Shown here: positions 7,863 through 18,797 of the stretch, one piece after another
How positions within the stretch are numbered: position 1 is the stretch's first letter
Layout of the letters: every line of letters begins with the position of its first letter
Source: a virus
Virus record (IMG/VR): IMGVR_UViG_3300011189_000006
Span: 27,135-91,134 of that record
Length of the DNA: 64,000 nt
Direction: 5' to 3' (one strand)
Made by a program: the position numbers and the translations under genes
The notes under the pieces: generated by a model
Told to the model about the DNA's origin: nothing
Databases searched by the model: none
What the model saw: only the letters and a program-made list of their open reading frames with translations

Positions 7863-9059
7863 TTATAAGTATTTTAAAGCCTCTATCTTCTTGGAATAAT
7901 CAATATCGTTATAATTTGGCTTATATTTGTTTTTAGGAATCCATTTTAAGTCCATGACATCCTTGCTAAAGAAACCCTCTAGGTCAAGGCTTTTGTAAGC
8001 ATTTGGTTTTACCTCACATAGTTTATTTAAGTCCTTAACTTTTGATATTTTATGTAACAATCTAAATGGGTCTTCAACATTTTTTTTATCAACAATATCT
8101 TCAAATAACTTTTTCCATAAAAATACAGGATATCCTTCTATTATTTTTTCTTGTGATTTCTTAAACCCTGCTAGGTCATTATCGAAAAAATATCTTAAAT
8201 CTAAGTCATTAGTTTCTAAGAAGCGATAATCGGTGTTTATACCAACCATACCAAGACTATTAGGAAAAAATAAAGAATCTAAATATCCCTCAAATATAGT
8301 TAGTGGACTAGAAAAGTCTACATTTAATATATTAAAATAGTAAGATAGTTTATTATAGATAACCATCTGATTTATATCTGGTTCTTCAACATTTTCTTTA
8401 CCATGGTTGGTCCATTCTAAAAGGTTTTCATAATTGTATATTTTAAACATTCTTCTTTTCCCCATCTTCAAATTACGAATTTGCATACCAAGAACCTTAT
8501 CATCTCTTTTGTTGAGCATTATTATAATCCATTGAGATTCATTTTCGTTTATCCAAAATTTACCTTGATAAATGTTAGTATGTGCAGAAGGTGGTATTCC
8601 TCTATCTACTAGATACTTATATATACCACTATTAGTAACAATTGGCTTAAAATCTGATATCGGTGTTATATTTTCATTGAATACTCTTTCAAGTTCTGAT
8701 AAATCAATTAAGTCATCAAACTTAGCATCTACAAAATCATTACTATAATCAGTATATGTCATAACACTATCTAGATATTCAATCATTTCTAATTTCTTAT
8801 CAGGATCTATTTGTTCATTATGGTCTTTGGCAAACTTATCTAATGTAGTTTTTTTATCACAGTTAAAGCATACGTAAAAAAGTCTATTCAAATATAAGTT
8901 CCCTCTCTTAGCATTATTATTATTATGACTATCTCCACAGTAAGGGCATGCAAAATTGAATCTATCATTATAATCAATGACTTTTCTTTTCTGTGTGTTA
9001 GAAAATTCTTTACTAACTACCTTCTGTATTATATTTTTTATGTAATCTTTATCCATCAT
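7863..9059 (-). CDS. DNA primase (T4 gp61-like)
   Basis: Zn-binding CPYCGDS...CFNC; TOPRIM FEGYLDSLF and FFDND; DLN. Confidence 0.9.
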   Translation of the reverse strand: MMDKDYIKNIIQKVVSKEFSNTQKRKVIDYNDRFNFACPYCGDSHNNNNAKRGNLYLNRLFYVCFNCDKKTTLDKFAKDHNEQIDPDKKLEMIEYLDSVMTYTDYSNDFVDAKFDDLIDLSELERVFNENITPISDFKPIVTNSGIYKYLVDRGIPPSAHTNIYQGKFWINENESQWIIIMLNKRDDKVLGMQIRNLKMGKRRMFKIYNYENLLEWTNHGKENVEEPDINQMVIYNKLSYYFNILNVDFSSPLTIFEGYLDSLFFPNSLGMVGINTDYRFLETNDLDLRYFFDNDLAGFKKSQEKIIEGYPVFLWKKLFEDIVDKKNVEDPFRLLHKISKVKDLNKLCEVKPNAYKSLDLEGFFSKDVMDLKWIPKNKYKPNYNDIDYSKKIEALKYL

Positions 9060-9131
9060 TATATATATAGTTTTAATGTAACTAAGTTCACTATATGATT
9101 GACATTTAACTATAATTTGGTATAATGTTGA

Positions 9132-10253
9132 TTAGTTTCCCTCTTTCTTAGAATTTTTATTCTTATCTATGCTTTTTCGAGATTTCTTTCCTTTAAATTC
9201 CTTATTAAGTTCTCTTCTTTTATCAACTAGTTCTTTAGATAACTTAGCTAAATATTCTGTTTGTTGGTTATGTTGATTAGCAAAGTCGTCTTGTCTATTA
9301 TCTGGTCCTTGTGGATAAAGCCTACTAGTCATGTTTCCAAATTGTGTAAGTGATAGTACTGAACTTTCTTTACCAGGTGTTGATATTTCTTCATCAAACT
9401 TTTTAATGGTCTTAGTAACATTGTCAGGATTTTTAGTTCTCTTAACAACATACTTTATAATATTGGGAAACTTTTCTTTGGTTATGTTAGCTATTAAATC
9501 TTCTATGTGTTTGGCATTTTTTAAATCATCATCAGAAAATCCTAATATAGCCTTTATACCAACTCTATCAGAAAATGCATTTATCCTATTCTTAAACTCT
9601 AGAAGTGCTTCTCCTTTAAGTACTTCTGTATTGGTGGTTATACCACCCCTAGAAGGTGATGAAACACCAATAAACTCACAATTCTTTAAATATTTTTTAA
9701 CTAATTCGTTTTCCGTAGGTATTCCCACTAAAACTCTCTCATATTCTTTTTCATAATTGAACAAATATGCAAATTTTAGTAAGTTATTGTACATTAGGTA
9801 CAACTCTTCCTCTGTTAGTATATTGTCTATAATCCAAGAAACACCCTTAATTATGGATTCTCTTTCATGTCCTCTTGCAGTAATTATAGAAAAAATTGAA
9901 CCATTTGTCAAACACTCTTTAAAGTCTTGCCAAGATGGTCCATAATTTTCTTTACTAATAGCTTCCTTCACATCTAATAAAAAAGCATTATCTTCCCTGA
10001 GTCCATCGTCTCTGAATTCAGAAAAGGCTTTCTCTGGATTGTTATTAGACAATCGCCATTTATCAGAAGCATCTCTAACATTTGCATAAAAAGATGTAGA
10101 AATGCTTTTTTCAACCCATTTACCATCAACCAACTCTTCCATATGTATCGGTGTTGACATATCTAATACGTTATCATCCCAATCGAAACTATAATATAGG
10201 AGGTATTTATCCGAACTAGATTCGGATATGTATTGGTTAAAGCTTTTGAGCAT
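9132..10253 (-). CDS. HAD-like phosphatase family protein with capsid-targeting-like N-terminus
   Basis: FDWDDN (motif I), ITARG (motif II), FSDDD.KN (motif IV). Confidence 0.6.
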   Translation of the reverse strand: MLKSFNQYISESSSDKYLLYYSFDWDDNVLDMSTPIHMEELVDGKWVEKSISTSFYANVRDASDKWRLSNNNPEKAFSEFRDDGLREDNAFLLDVKEAISKENYGPSWQDFKECLTNGSIFSIITARGHERESIIKGVSWIIDNILTEEELYLMYNNLLKFAYLFNYEKEYERVLVGIPTENELVKKYLKNCEFIGVSSPSRGGITTNTEVLKGEALLEFKNRINAFSDRVGIKAILGFSDDDLKNAKHIEDLIANITKEKFPNIIKYVVKRTKNPDNVTKTIKKFDEEISTPGKESSVLSLTQFGNMTSRLYPQGPDNRQDDFANQHNQQTEYLAKLSKELVDKRRELNKEFKGKKSRKSIDKNKNSKKEGN

Positions 10254-10258
10254 TGGTA

Positions 10259-10567
10259 TTATTTTTTCCTTTTTGAAAAAGAGTCAAAAGATTCTAATGC
10301 AGGAAGCTCTTGTGCTTCATCATCATCTTCATCATCATCTCCTTGAGCCTGTCCTTCTTCATCGAAGTCATCCTCTTTTTCAAAGTCATCAAAGCCTTGA
10401 ACATCATCACCTTCTTCTTGTGATTGTCCTTCTTCTTGATCACCTTCTGTCAATTCAATAGTAAATTCTTCTACTACTTCATCGTCTTTTTCTGCCTTTA
10501 CCTCAATAAATCCGTCTTTTTCACAAACTTCGATACAGTAATCGCCTATTTCAATTTTAGTTTTCAT
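10259..10567 (-). CDS. Very acidic hypothetical protein
   Basis: D/E-rich; TTAATATATA upstream. Confidence 0.7.
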   Translation of the reverse strand: MKTKIEIGDYCIEVCEKDGFIEVKAEKDDEVVEEFTIELTEGDQEEGQSQEEGDDVQGFDDFEKEDDFDEEGQAQGDDDEDDDEAQELPALESFDSFSKRKK

Positions 10568-10676
10568 ATAATTAATTATTTTTTATTATATATTAAAAAT
10601 CTACATCCCTTTTATATAATAAAAATCCACTTGTTTTTAACATAAACAAGTGGATCTGGTATATTTGTTCCTTTAC

Positions 10677-10970
10677 CTATTTCTTAGTTTTTTTAGTAGG
10701 TGCTTTTTTAGTAGGTGTCTTCTTAGTTGATACTTTTTTAACATCTTTCTTAACATCTTTCTTAACATCTTTCTTAGGGACTTTCTTCTTATTAGGTTTT
10801 TTCTTTTTAAAATCACCATCTTTTAAAGTCTTTTTCTTTACTTTTTCAACTTTTTGTAAAGGCTTACTAGGATTTTTCACAATAGGTTGTGCCACTCCAA
10901 TGCTTGGTTCTTTTTTATCTGTTTTAATACCAAATAATTTCTTGAAAAATTTAATAATTGCTTTTATCAT
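10677..10970 (-). CDS. Lys-rich, histone H1-like low-complexity protein
   Basis: KKDV x3 and PTKK repeats. Confidence 0.65.
   Translation of the reverse strand: MIKAIIKFFKKLFGIKTDKKEPSIGVAQPIVKNPSKPLQKVEKVKKKTLKDGDFKKKKPNKKKVPKKDVKKDVKKDVKKVSTKKTPTKKAPTKKTKK
10741..10776. repeat. 12-bp tandem repeat (acatctttctta) x3 encoding KKDV
   Basis: Read directly from the sequence. Confidence 0.85.
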
Positions 10971-11063
10971 TTTTAGTTTATTTTTTCAGTATATATTATA
11001 GAATACAAATCCCTTTTTGTTAAAAATAGTAAACAAACCACCTAATTTAATATATAACATTAT

Positions 11064-12674
11064 ATGAAATTTAGGTATAGTAAGGAAAATGAGGAATTAA
11101 TAGTATCAGAAGCATCTAGGATAGAATACCACCAAATGAGTATTTGGTTAACAAGACACGTAAAGGGATATAGGTATATGCCACCATTTAAAATGGGTGT
11201 GTGGGATGGTAAGCAGAAATACTTTAGAGATGGTAAAATAAATTTGGGACTGTGGAAAGAAGCTCTTAGAGGGTGTTCTGAAATAGGCGTTTCTTTTAGT
11301 GTAGATAATAAAGAAGATTTCCCAATAAACAGAGATGTTACATTAGATAAAGTTACTAAATTCTGTGATAACTTTTTTAAGACACACAAAGTAAAAAATA
11401 AAAAAGGCGAGTGGGTTAAATTTATGCCATATGAACACCAAATTCAGTCAGCATATAAGATACTTAAAAACAGATATTGTATGGCAGAAGTTGCCACATC
11501 TGGTGGTAAATCACTTATAATATCAATAGTTTTATTCTATACTTTGAAAAATATAAAAAAGGATGCTAAATTTCTAATAATAGTACCTTCTATAACATTA
11601 GTTACCCAGTTCTATGATAATTTTATAGAATATAATTTTGGTGACAATAATTTAGTAGATATGAAAGAGAAAGATTCTGAAGAAATACTAAATAAAAAAC
11701 ACAAACCATGTGATATAAGGGTAGAAGAAGTTATGTCAGATAAACCTAGAAAACATTCAGGTGAAAAAAATGCCAATGTCTATATAGGAACATATCAATC
11801 CTTGGAAAAGTGGCCAAAGACATTCTTCGAAAAATTTCACACAGTTGTTACTGATGAGGCACATGGTGCAAAATCGAAGTCACTGACTAAAATACTCAAA
11901 AGGACATTTGGTACTGCATACTCTAGATTTGGTGTATCTGGTACATTCCCAGAAGAGGATACTTGTGAGATATTGACTATACAATCTGTATTAGGTCCAA
12001 AAATAACAGAGGTATCAGCAGATGAATTAAAGAAAAAGGGAATCATATCTGATATGCAAATAAAGGCAGTTATAATGAATCATAATGATCCAGAATTTGG
12101 TGATAAAGTTAAACAAATACGTAAGGCTGGAATGGGTAAAGAAGCATTAGGCATAGAAAAGGATTATATACACATATCTGATAAAAGACTTAATTTAATA
12201 AAGAAAATAGTTAATAAGTGTGATAACAACACATTAGTGTTATTCCATACAATAGAATATGGAAATACTGTCTTAAAGGAATTAAGAGAAAGCCTACCAG
12301 ACAAAGAGTTCTATTATATTGATGGTGGTGTTAGTGGCAAAGATAGGGAAAGGATTAAAAAAGAAATGGAAAACACAGATGGGAAAACTAAGGTCTTAGT
12401 TGCAAGCTATGGAACATTGAGCACTGGTGTCTCTATAAATGCTATTTTTAATATATTGTTTATAGACTCGTTTAAATCTGAACAAGTTATTATACAATCT
12501 ATTGGTAGAGCGTTAAGGTTACATGATGAAAAAAAGGTAGCAACTATCTTTGACTTGGTTGATGTATTTGATAGCAATAGTTTTAATAATATATTATGGA
12601 AACACTTTAAAGAACGCCAAGGTTTCTATGACAAAAGAAAATATCCTTATAAGTTTATAAAAATAAATTTGTAA
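11064..12674 (+). CDS. uvsW: SF2 DNA helicase UvsW
   Basis: ATSGGKS, DEAH, SGT, VASYGTLSTGVSI, QSIGRALR. Confidence 0.92.
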   Translation: MKFRYSKENEELIVSEASRIEYHQMSIWLTRHVKGYRYMPPFKMGVWDGKQKYFRDGKINLGLWKEALRGCSEIGVSFSVDNKEDFPINRDVTLDKVTKFCDNFFKTHKVKNKKGEWVKFMPYEHQIQSAYKILKNRYCMAEVATSGGKSLIISIVLFYTLKNIKKDAKFLIIVPSITLVTQFYDNFIEYNFGDNNLVDMKEKDSEEILNKKHKPCDIRVEEVMSDKPRKHSGEKNANVYIGTYQSLEKWPKTFFEKFHTVVTDEAHGAKSKSLTKILKRTFGTAYSRFGVSGTFPEEDTCEILTIQSVLGPKITEVSADELKKKGIISDMQIKAVIMNHNDPEFGDKVKQIRKAGMGKEALGIEKDYIHISDKRLNLIKKIVNKCDNNTLVLFHTIEYGNTVLKELRESLPDKEFYYIDGGVSGKDRERIKKEMENTDGKTKVLVASYGTLSTGVSINAIFNILFIDSFKSEQVIIQSIGRALRLHDEKKVATIFDLVDVFDSNSFNNILWKHFKERQGFYDKRKYPYKFIKINL

Positions 12675-12712
12675 GGATTTAATGAGAACGTTCTTGTAAA
12701 AATATATACTAT

Positions 12713-15130
12713 ATGTCTGTAAATACAAAGTTAACACTATCGGTAAAAAGTGGTCCTGGTGATATAGTTGGTGTCACTGAAATCCAATCAATAAATGGTA
12801 GGGCTGACTTTAATGGAATACAATTTACTGAAGCTGGATCATATATACTAACTATAACACCAGATAACATAAATGTCGAAAGTGCTGAAGTAGAAATAAA
12901 TGTATCACCAGAGGAAGATTTTATCCCACAAGATAATCCAATCGAACAGAGTGAAGAAGGAGAAGAAGAACAAGAAGCATTAGAAGGGTCTAGACCTATT
13001 ATAAGCCAAATAAAAGAACCTACTCTAGATTTAAAAGCTATGCAATTTGATGCTAGTCCTAATGAGGGAGATAATAGCGAACTTTTGACTAGTCTGGGAT
13101 TTACACCATTTCTTTGGTATAATGGTGTTCAGATGAGAGTATCAGATATAAAATCATTGTATTTATATTATGAGAATAATATCCCAAGGTGTAGAGCAAT
13201 TATAATAGACACACTTGGATTCATAGGTACGCAAGATAGTATGCCATTAAATGATACTAAATTTGAACTTTTTATAAATTCTGGCTCTGATATTTTAAAA
13301 TCTATACATCTTAGATTTAAAATGCAATTTAACCAAGAAAACAAGAAAAATGGTACATATACAATTACTGGTACTTTAGATGTAGATAATTTTTATAAAA
13401 AAGGCTACAAGTCATACAAAGGAACTTCTTTCAATGTTCTAAAAGAATTAGCAGTAGAGAATGGTATTGGATTTAATTCAAACATAGGAAATACAAACGA
13501 TACAATGACTTGGAGAAAAAATGGTAGTAATATACCAGAATTTGTAAAGAATGTAGTCAAACATTCGTATATATCAGATAATTCTTTCATTTTAGGTTAT
13601 TATGATTATTATTGGTGTTATAACTGCATTGATATCGAAAAGGAGTGGAATAGAGATATAAAAAATGACCTAGGTCTTAACACACAAGGATTGTCTTCAT
13701 TAGATAGCAACATGGAACTAACACCACTAGTTCTAACAAATGATGCTAGTTCTGATGCATCTGGATTCTATTTCAATAAGTATAGATTTAGGAATAATTC
13801 AACGTATCAGACAACAAATAGTGGTATTTATACAATTTCAAGAGTTTATGATAGAAGCACAAAACAATTCTTAAAATTTGATATAGATTCTTTAAATTCT
13901 GATAATAGTGATAATATAATTTTAAAGGGAAGACCAAACGATACAGAAGAATTAAAACAAAGTTATAATACAGATTATGGTGGTAAGATAGATACTGATA
14001 ACATCCACCAAAACTATATGTATGCTCTTTCACAGAATGAAAGAAATGTTAAGAACTTACATAACATATCAATTGAATTAGATATGCCACAGCCAAACTT
14101 TAATGTTTATAGATATCAAAAAATAAGAGTGAATTTTATTAACCAAAAACAGACACCAATAAATACGGTTGTTGTAAATGAGAGGCTAACTGGTGAGTGG
14201 TTAATCACGGATATATCTTTTGTGTGGAAGAGGGGAACTTTAACACAGAAGTTAACTATTGTAAGAAAAGAATTAGGCAAAACACTAAAAGAAAAAGAAA
14301 CTCAACAAACCGAAGATACTGCTGAAAATAATTCTGAAATAAATGAAAATCCATTAGATAATTTACAAACAGAAGGATTGGAATTACAAGAAGAACAAAA
14401 TGATGATTTTATATTTAGTGGTGGTACTTTCACAGAGGGTGAAGAGTTCACAGAGAGAGAATTCCAAGGTGAAGAAGAATCAGAACTTACTATACCACCA
14501 GAAGACCAAAGGCTTTATGAAACTGAATCTAACCAAATAAATAATAGTCCAACACCTATATCAGAGGGGAATTATAATATAGATTTTATAGAAGGGAGTT
14601 ATGTAGATAACCAAGGTAATGACATAGAGGTTTGTCAGATTGATGGAAGTGCTATAAATGTAAAAGTGGTTGGTAAGTATCTGGATATGAAAGAAGCAGC
14701 ACGAAGTGATGGTATATTACTTAGTGTTAATTCTGGATTTAGATCACCGATAGATACTATAAACACGAAGTCAAATAATGGTGTCTTAGTTAGAGCTAGC
14801 TCACAGAAATACCTATATGATAACTGGGTAGCTAGAAAACCTGGATTTAACTTAGCCGCAAAGCCATATACTTCTAAACATGGAAATGGTATAAGTTTAG
14901 ACTTAAATACTGGTAGTAGAACAAAGAATACATTAAATGAATCTTTATATTCTTGGTTAATTAAAAACTCATGGAAGTATGGATTTGTTAGATCTGTTAG
15001 AAGTGAAGAGTGGCATTTTGATTATTTACCAAACTTAATAAATAGTTCACAAGGTGGTCCTTACTCTAAACTAGCTGCCAACGACTCAAATTTATTTTTT
15101 AGTGATTTGGGCTTAGATAGATTAAGCTAG
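12713..15130 (+). CDS. Baseplate hub-like protein with C-terminal M15 (VanY-like) peptidoglycan peptidase
   Basis: C-terminal SGFRS, AAKPYTSKHGNGISLDL and EEWHFDY. Hub-like ending LTGEWLITDI...QKLTIVRKE. Adjacent to the gp5-like gene. Confidence 0.75.
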   Translation: MSVNTKLTLSVKSGPGDIVGVTEIQSINGRADFNGIQFTEAGSYILTITPDNINVESAEVEINVSPEEDFIPQDNPIEQSEEGEEEQEALEGSRPIISQIKEPTLDLKAMQFDASPNEGDNSELLTSLGFTPFLWYNGVQMRVSDIKSLYLYYENNIPRCRAIIIDTLGFIGTQDSMPLNDTKFELFINSGSDILKSIHLRFKMQFNQENKKNGTYTITGTLDVDNFYKKGYKSYKGTSFNVLKELAVENGIGFNSNIGNTNDTMTWRKNGSNIPEFVKNVVKHSYISDNSFILGYYDYYWCYNCIDIEKEWNRDIKNDLGLNTQGLSSLDSNMELTPLVLTNDASSDASGFYFNKYRFRNNSTYQTTNSGIYTISRVYDRSTKQFLKFDIDSLNSDNSDNIILKGRPNDTEELKQSYNTDYGGKIDTDNIHQNYMYALSQNERNVKNLHNISIELDMPQPNFNVYRYQKIRVNFINQKQTPINTVVVNERLTGEWLITDISFVWKRGTLTQKLTIVRKELGKTLKEKETQQTEDTAENNSEINENPLDNLQTEGLELQEEQNDDFIFSGGTFTEGEEFTEREFQGEEESELTIPPEDQRLYETESNQINNSPTPISEGNYNIDFIEGSYVDNQGNDIEVCQIDGSAINVKVVGKYLDMKEAARSDGILLSVNSGFRSPIDTINTKSNNGVLVRASSQKYLYDNWVARKPGFNLAAKPYTSKHGNGISLDLNTGSRTKNTLNESLYSWLIKNSWKYGFVRSVRSEEWHFDYLPNLINSSQGGPYSKLAANDSNLFFSDLGLDRLS

Positions 15131-15171
15131 GATTGATAATATTTTATATATAAGGAAAATATTTAATACTG

Positions 15172-17025
15172 ATGGCTGAGGATAAAAACCCTTTAGATAA
15201 ATTAAGAGATACAGCAGTTGCAACTGCCGAGGGTCTGAAAAGACAGTACGGCATAGGTGCTAATAATAATCCTTGGCCACAGACCGAGTACCAACCTATT
15301 TTGGGATTAAATTCTAATAGACAAACAAAGGGATTCCTTCCTTCTGCAAAAATAGAACCTATTAACAAAGAAGGTGAAGGTGGTGCAGATGGTGAAGGAC
15401 GTATAAATAGATTTGGTAACTACGAATATAAAGATTGGCGAGGACATTTGCTTAACCCTGCTAAGGAGGTAGATGGTCTAGAACATGATAAGTTTAAAAA
15501 AAGTATAAGAATACCAAAATCTGATGATTCCCTTGTAGATAGTCCATATTCAACTAGGGATTTCTATGCTATATTTAATGACAATACAACAGATTATTTT
15601 AAACATGGACTTCAAGTTATAAATGGGGAGAGTGGTGTGCTTGGTTCATCACCTGGTACATCTTTTGAAAACAATGATCCTATTATATATGGCTTTGAAG
15701 TGATAATAGATGATATATCTTCTCCTTTACTTAATGGTGCAATAGATGATTTTTTAAATAATTATTCAGGTGTTAGTGAAATAGCAGCAAGAAGACCAGT
15801 CTATGAAGATTTCAAAAAACAGTTTACTAAGTTCTTCAAAACAAGGGGGACTGTATTAGAGAGAGAGACCGATAATGCTAGTATTTCCAAATCTAGAAAT
15901 TCATCATCACCAGAATTACAAACTGGACAAGGAATAGGAATAACACAACCTGGTAAAGCTGCATACATGGCATATTATCTAAAAAAAGTAGGTGGCTTAG
16001 GGAACTTAGCAGAGAGAAACACAGCTACTGAAAAGAAATATTTAGTAGATTATAATAAGGATGTAATAACCTTAGATTTCTTAGAAGATACAAGCCAGAG
16101 TGTTACCACACTTGCACATCTATACAAGTTGTTATATTGGTCTAAACCTAATGGAAAGGGCATTATACCAGAGAATTTACTTAGGTTTAATTGTGATATA
16201 ATAGTATCTGAAATAAGAAATTTTAAGCGTGTTAAGAAAACACTTAACAGTGTGCAAGAAGGAACACCACCTCAGCTAGAAATAGTAAAAGATAATGTAT
16301 CTAGGCAAGTTTATTCTCTTAGAGATTGTCAGTTATACTTTAATGGGATGCCACACCCCAATGATATTGATATGACACAAACACCATCAGTTTATGATTC
16401 ATATAGTATACAGTTTGACTATAAATACACTTCTAATAAATTAGAAAGATTTATGCCAACACCAAATGGAGATGGACAATATGTTGGTTATGATGGTGGT
16501 GCTATTTGGAAAGTTGGTAATAAAGGTGCTACAACAGCGGCAGGTGGTAATAGTATATTATCTTCTGTTCCTAATTTCTATACTACTGATGAAAATACAT
16601 ATAACAAAACTGGAACAGATGGTAGGTTCTTATTATCTAGACCAGAAAATGGTAGAACAGAAAGAACTTTCAATTCAGAGGATTTAGATAATCTTGAATC
16701 TTTTAAAAGACAAAGTACATCTTTTGGAAAAAGACTAAAGAACAGACTTGAGGATGTTGCCATTAGGTCAGCAACTAGAGAGTTACAAACTTTTGTAAAT
16801 ACTAGAACTGCTATACTTAATAGAACTTTAAATAAAATAATAACTGCAAATGGAATAGTTGGCGTAAGACCACCTAGAAATGTTTATACAGATAGACCAT
16901 TAAGTGCTGGGGAAAGGATATTCTATGACGTTAGAGGGGATTTAATAAACTTTTTAGGTAATGCAGCAGGTGGTGCTTTAGGTGGTGGTGGTATAATAGG
17001 TGGGAATCCATTTTCACCAAGATAA
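15172..17025 (+). CDS. Putative virion structural protein (tail/baseplate region)
   Basis: Large ORF between the hub and spike genes. Confidence 0.55.
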   Translation: MAEDKNPLDKLRDTAVATAEGLKRQYGIGANNNPWPQTEYQPILGLNSNRQTKGFLPSAKIEPINKEGEGGADGEGRINRFGNYEYKDWRGHLLNPAKEVDGLEHDKFKKSIRIPKSDDSLVDSPYSTRDFYAIFNDNTTDYFKHGLQVINGESGVLGSSPGTSFENNDPIIYGFEVIIDDISSPLLNGAIDDFLNNYSGVSEIAARRPVYEDFKKQFTKFFKTRGTVLERETDNASISKSRNSSSPELQTGQGIGITQPGKAAYMAYYLKKVGGLGNLAERNTATEKKYLVDYNKDVITLDFLEDTSQSVTTLAHLYKLLYWSKPNGKGIIPENLLRFNCDIIVSEIRNFKRVKKTLNSVQEGTPPQLEIVKDNVSRQVYSLRDCQLYFNGMPHPNDIDMTQTPSVYDSYSIQFDYKYTSNKLERFMPTPNGDGQYVGYDGGAIWKVGNKGATTAAGGNSILSSVPNFYTTDENTYNKTGTDGRFLLSRPENGRTERTFNSEDLDNLESFKRQSTSFGKRLKNRLEDVAIRSATRELQTFVNTRTAILNRTLNKIITANGIVGVRPPRNVYTDRPLSAGERIFYDVRGDLINFLGNAAGGALGGGGIIGGNPFSPR

Positions 17026-17037
17026 AAAAAATATAAT

Positions 17038-17847
17038 ATGGCAGATAAGAGTAAAACGTATGTAGGTGTAGTAGAAGATAATGCTGATCCTAAGAAGCTA
17101 GGTAGGTTGAAAATAAGAGTCATGGATGTCTATGAAGGTATATTAACCGAAGATATCCCTTGGGCAAATCCTTGGAAGGATTTAAATGGCAATGAATTTA
17201 ATTTACCAGAAATAGGCAAAGTGATGGTGGTTACATTTGATCAAGGTAATGAGAATAGTCCAGAATATATCTATGCAGACCATTATAATGTCAATTTGGA
17301 GAAGAAGCTAGCTTCAATGGATATCTCTGATTATAAGTCTATGAAGTCAATTATTTTTGACCATAAGACACAGTTCTATATAAACGATACAGAAGGTTTA
17401 AAGCTAGATTATAAATATAACAATCTTAATATAAAAAGTGATTCTATAAACTTAAACTTAAAAGATAATAATGCTAATTTAAATCTAGGAGATGAGTCTG
17501 CTGACCAACAAGCAATACTTGGTAACTACTTCATAGATTGGTTAGGTAAATTTTTAGACACATTACAAAATGGTGGTTTATATAATGCTGGTGGGCCAAC
17601 AATGGCTAATCCTGCATTGGTAAAGTTAATACTTGAGTTTAAAGCAACAAAAGATTTAAAATTTTTATCACATAATGTTAATGTTGTTGATAACAATGGT
17701 GTGAGGACAGTTGCTAATAATAATAGAGAAGATGAGGCACAATATGGAGATGCCTGGACTTCATCACAAGAAGAAAATAACTTAACCGATATAAAAGACG
17801 ATAATAACAAACCTAAAGATGGTCCAAGAGATGAATTTAATGTTTAG
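17038..17847 (+). CDS. Baseplate spike protein, gp5/VgrG OB-fold
   Basis: GVVEDNADPKKLGRLKIRV...IPWA...P..G..V.V.F..G. Confidence 0.85.
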   Translation: MADKSKTYVGVVEDNADPKKLGRLKIRVMDVYEGILTEDIPWANPWKDLNGNEFNLPEIGKVMVVTFDQGNENSPEYIYADHYNVNLEKKLASMDISDYKSMKSIIFDHKTQFYINDTEGLKLDYKYNNLNIKSDSINLNLKDNNANLNLGDESADQQAILGNYFIDWLGKFLDTLQNGGLYNAGGPTMANPALVKLILEFKATKDLKFLSHNVNVVDNNGVRTVANNNREDEAQYGDAWTSSQEENNLTDIKDDNNKPKDGPRDEFNV

Positions 17848-17895
17848 TTTATTTGATTTTTATATTTAATACATAAGTAAAATAATATACTACTT

Positions 17896-18138
17896 ATGAT
17901 TCCCACAGAACACAATATTAGCATTTCATATAATGAGAGAAGACCAATTGATCAGGAGGAAGTAATAATTGGTGGTGTTACACAATCTGTGATAGTTTAT
18001 TCTATACCATATTATCTAGCATATATACATAATTTGAAAATTGGTGCAGAAGGAATAAAATATAACAGTTCAGGACAAACAGGGAAAGATATAATGCTCA
18101 ATACTTATAATTGGATCATCACGGATGGTGGGTTATAA
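17896..18138 (+). CDS. Hypothetical protein
   Basis: ORF with AATATATA upstream. Confidence 0.55.
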   Translation: MIPTEHNISISYNERRPIDQEEVIIGGVTQSVIVYSIPYYLAYIHNLKIGAEGIKYNSSGQTGKDIMLNTYNWIITDGGL

Positions 18139-18286
18139 ATCTAAGTGTTAGTATTATTTCCAATAAACACGGTTATGGGAGGCATATCTTCTCTGACCCT
18201 AATATTCACATTTTCTGGTTTTATAACCTCTAACTTTATCTTTGGATTTACTTGTTCATCTTCTTCCATATTTGTCTTTATTTCAA

Positions 18287-18784
18287 TTATAATCCACCAA
18301 CTGACATTCTGCTACCATCTAACCTAATGGGTGCTTTAGGAGTCCTTAAAACAACTGGTGGGAGGGAATAGTCTTGTTCAATATATCTAAGTCTATTTTT
18401 GTCTTTTTTAGTGCTTTTATTAGGAACTATCAGCTTCTCTTTAATTGATAGTCTGCTTTGGTCTATTTGTTCTTCTGTTTTTCTAAATTTTTCCATATCA
18501 TCTAAAGATGGGTAAAGTATTACTTGTCCCTTAATTATATTAAGTGGATTATCGATACCGTTTATAAATAATATGATATCTATGTTTTCTAAACTCATAC
18601 CAACTTCGTTGGCTTCAAGTCCATATATTTTTTGAAATATTATATCAATTCTCATAATATCACCTTGGTCAACCGTATAACTGTTTAAATTAACATCTGA
18701 CCTATATGTTAGGTTAGGTGTTGATAGGTCAAATAGTCCATTTGGTGATTCTTTTTTAATATCTGCAATTGATTTAAAATCCAT
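18287..18784 (-). CDS. Baseplate wedge protein, gp53/LysM-like
   Basis: YTVDQGDIMRIDII...ILFINGIDNPLNI..GQVILYP; start at MDFKS (18784). Confidence 0.7.
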   Translation of the reverse strand: MDFKSIADIKKESPNGLFDLSTPNLTYRSDVNLNSYTVDQGDIMRIDIIFQKIYGLEANEVGMSLENIDIILFINGIDNPLNIIKGQVILYPSLDDMEKFRKTEEQIDQSRLSIKEKLIVPNKSTKKDKNRLRYIEQDYSLPPVVLRTPKAPIRLDGSRMSVGGL

Positions 18785-18797
18785 AATAAGTTTATTT

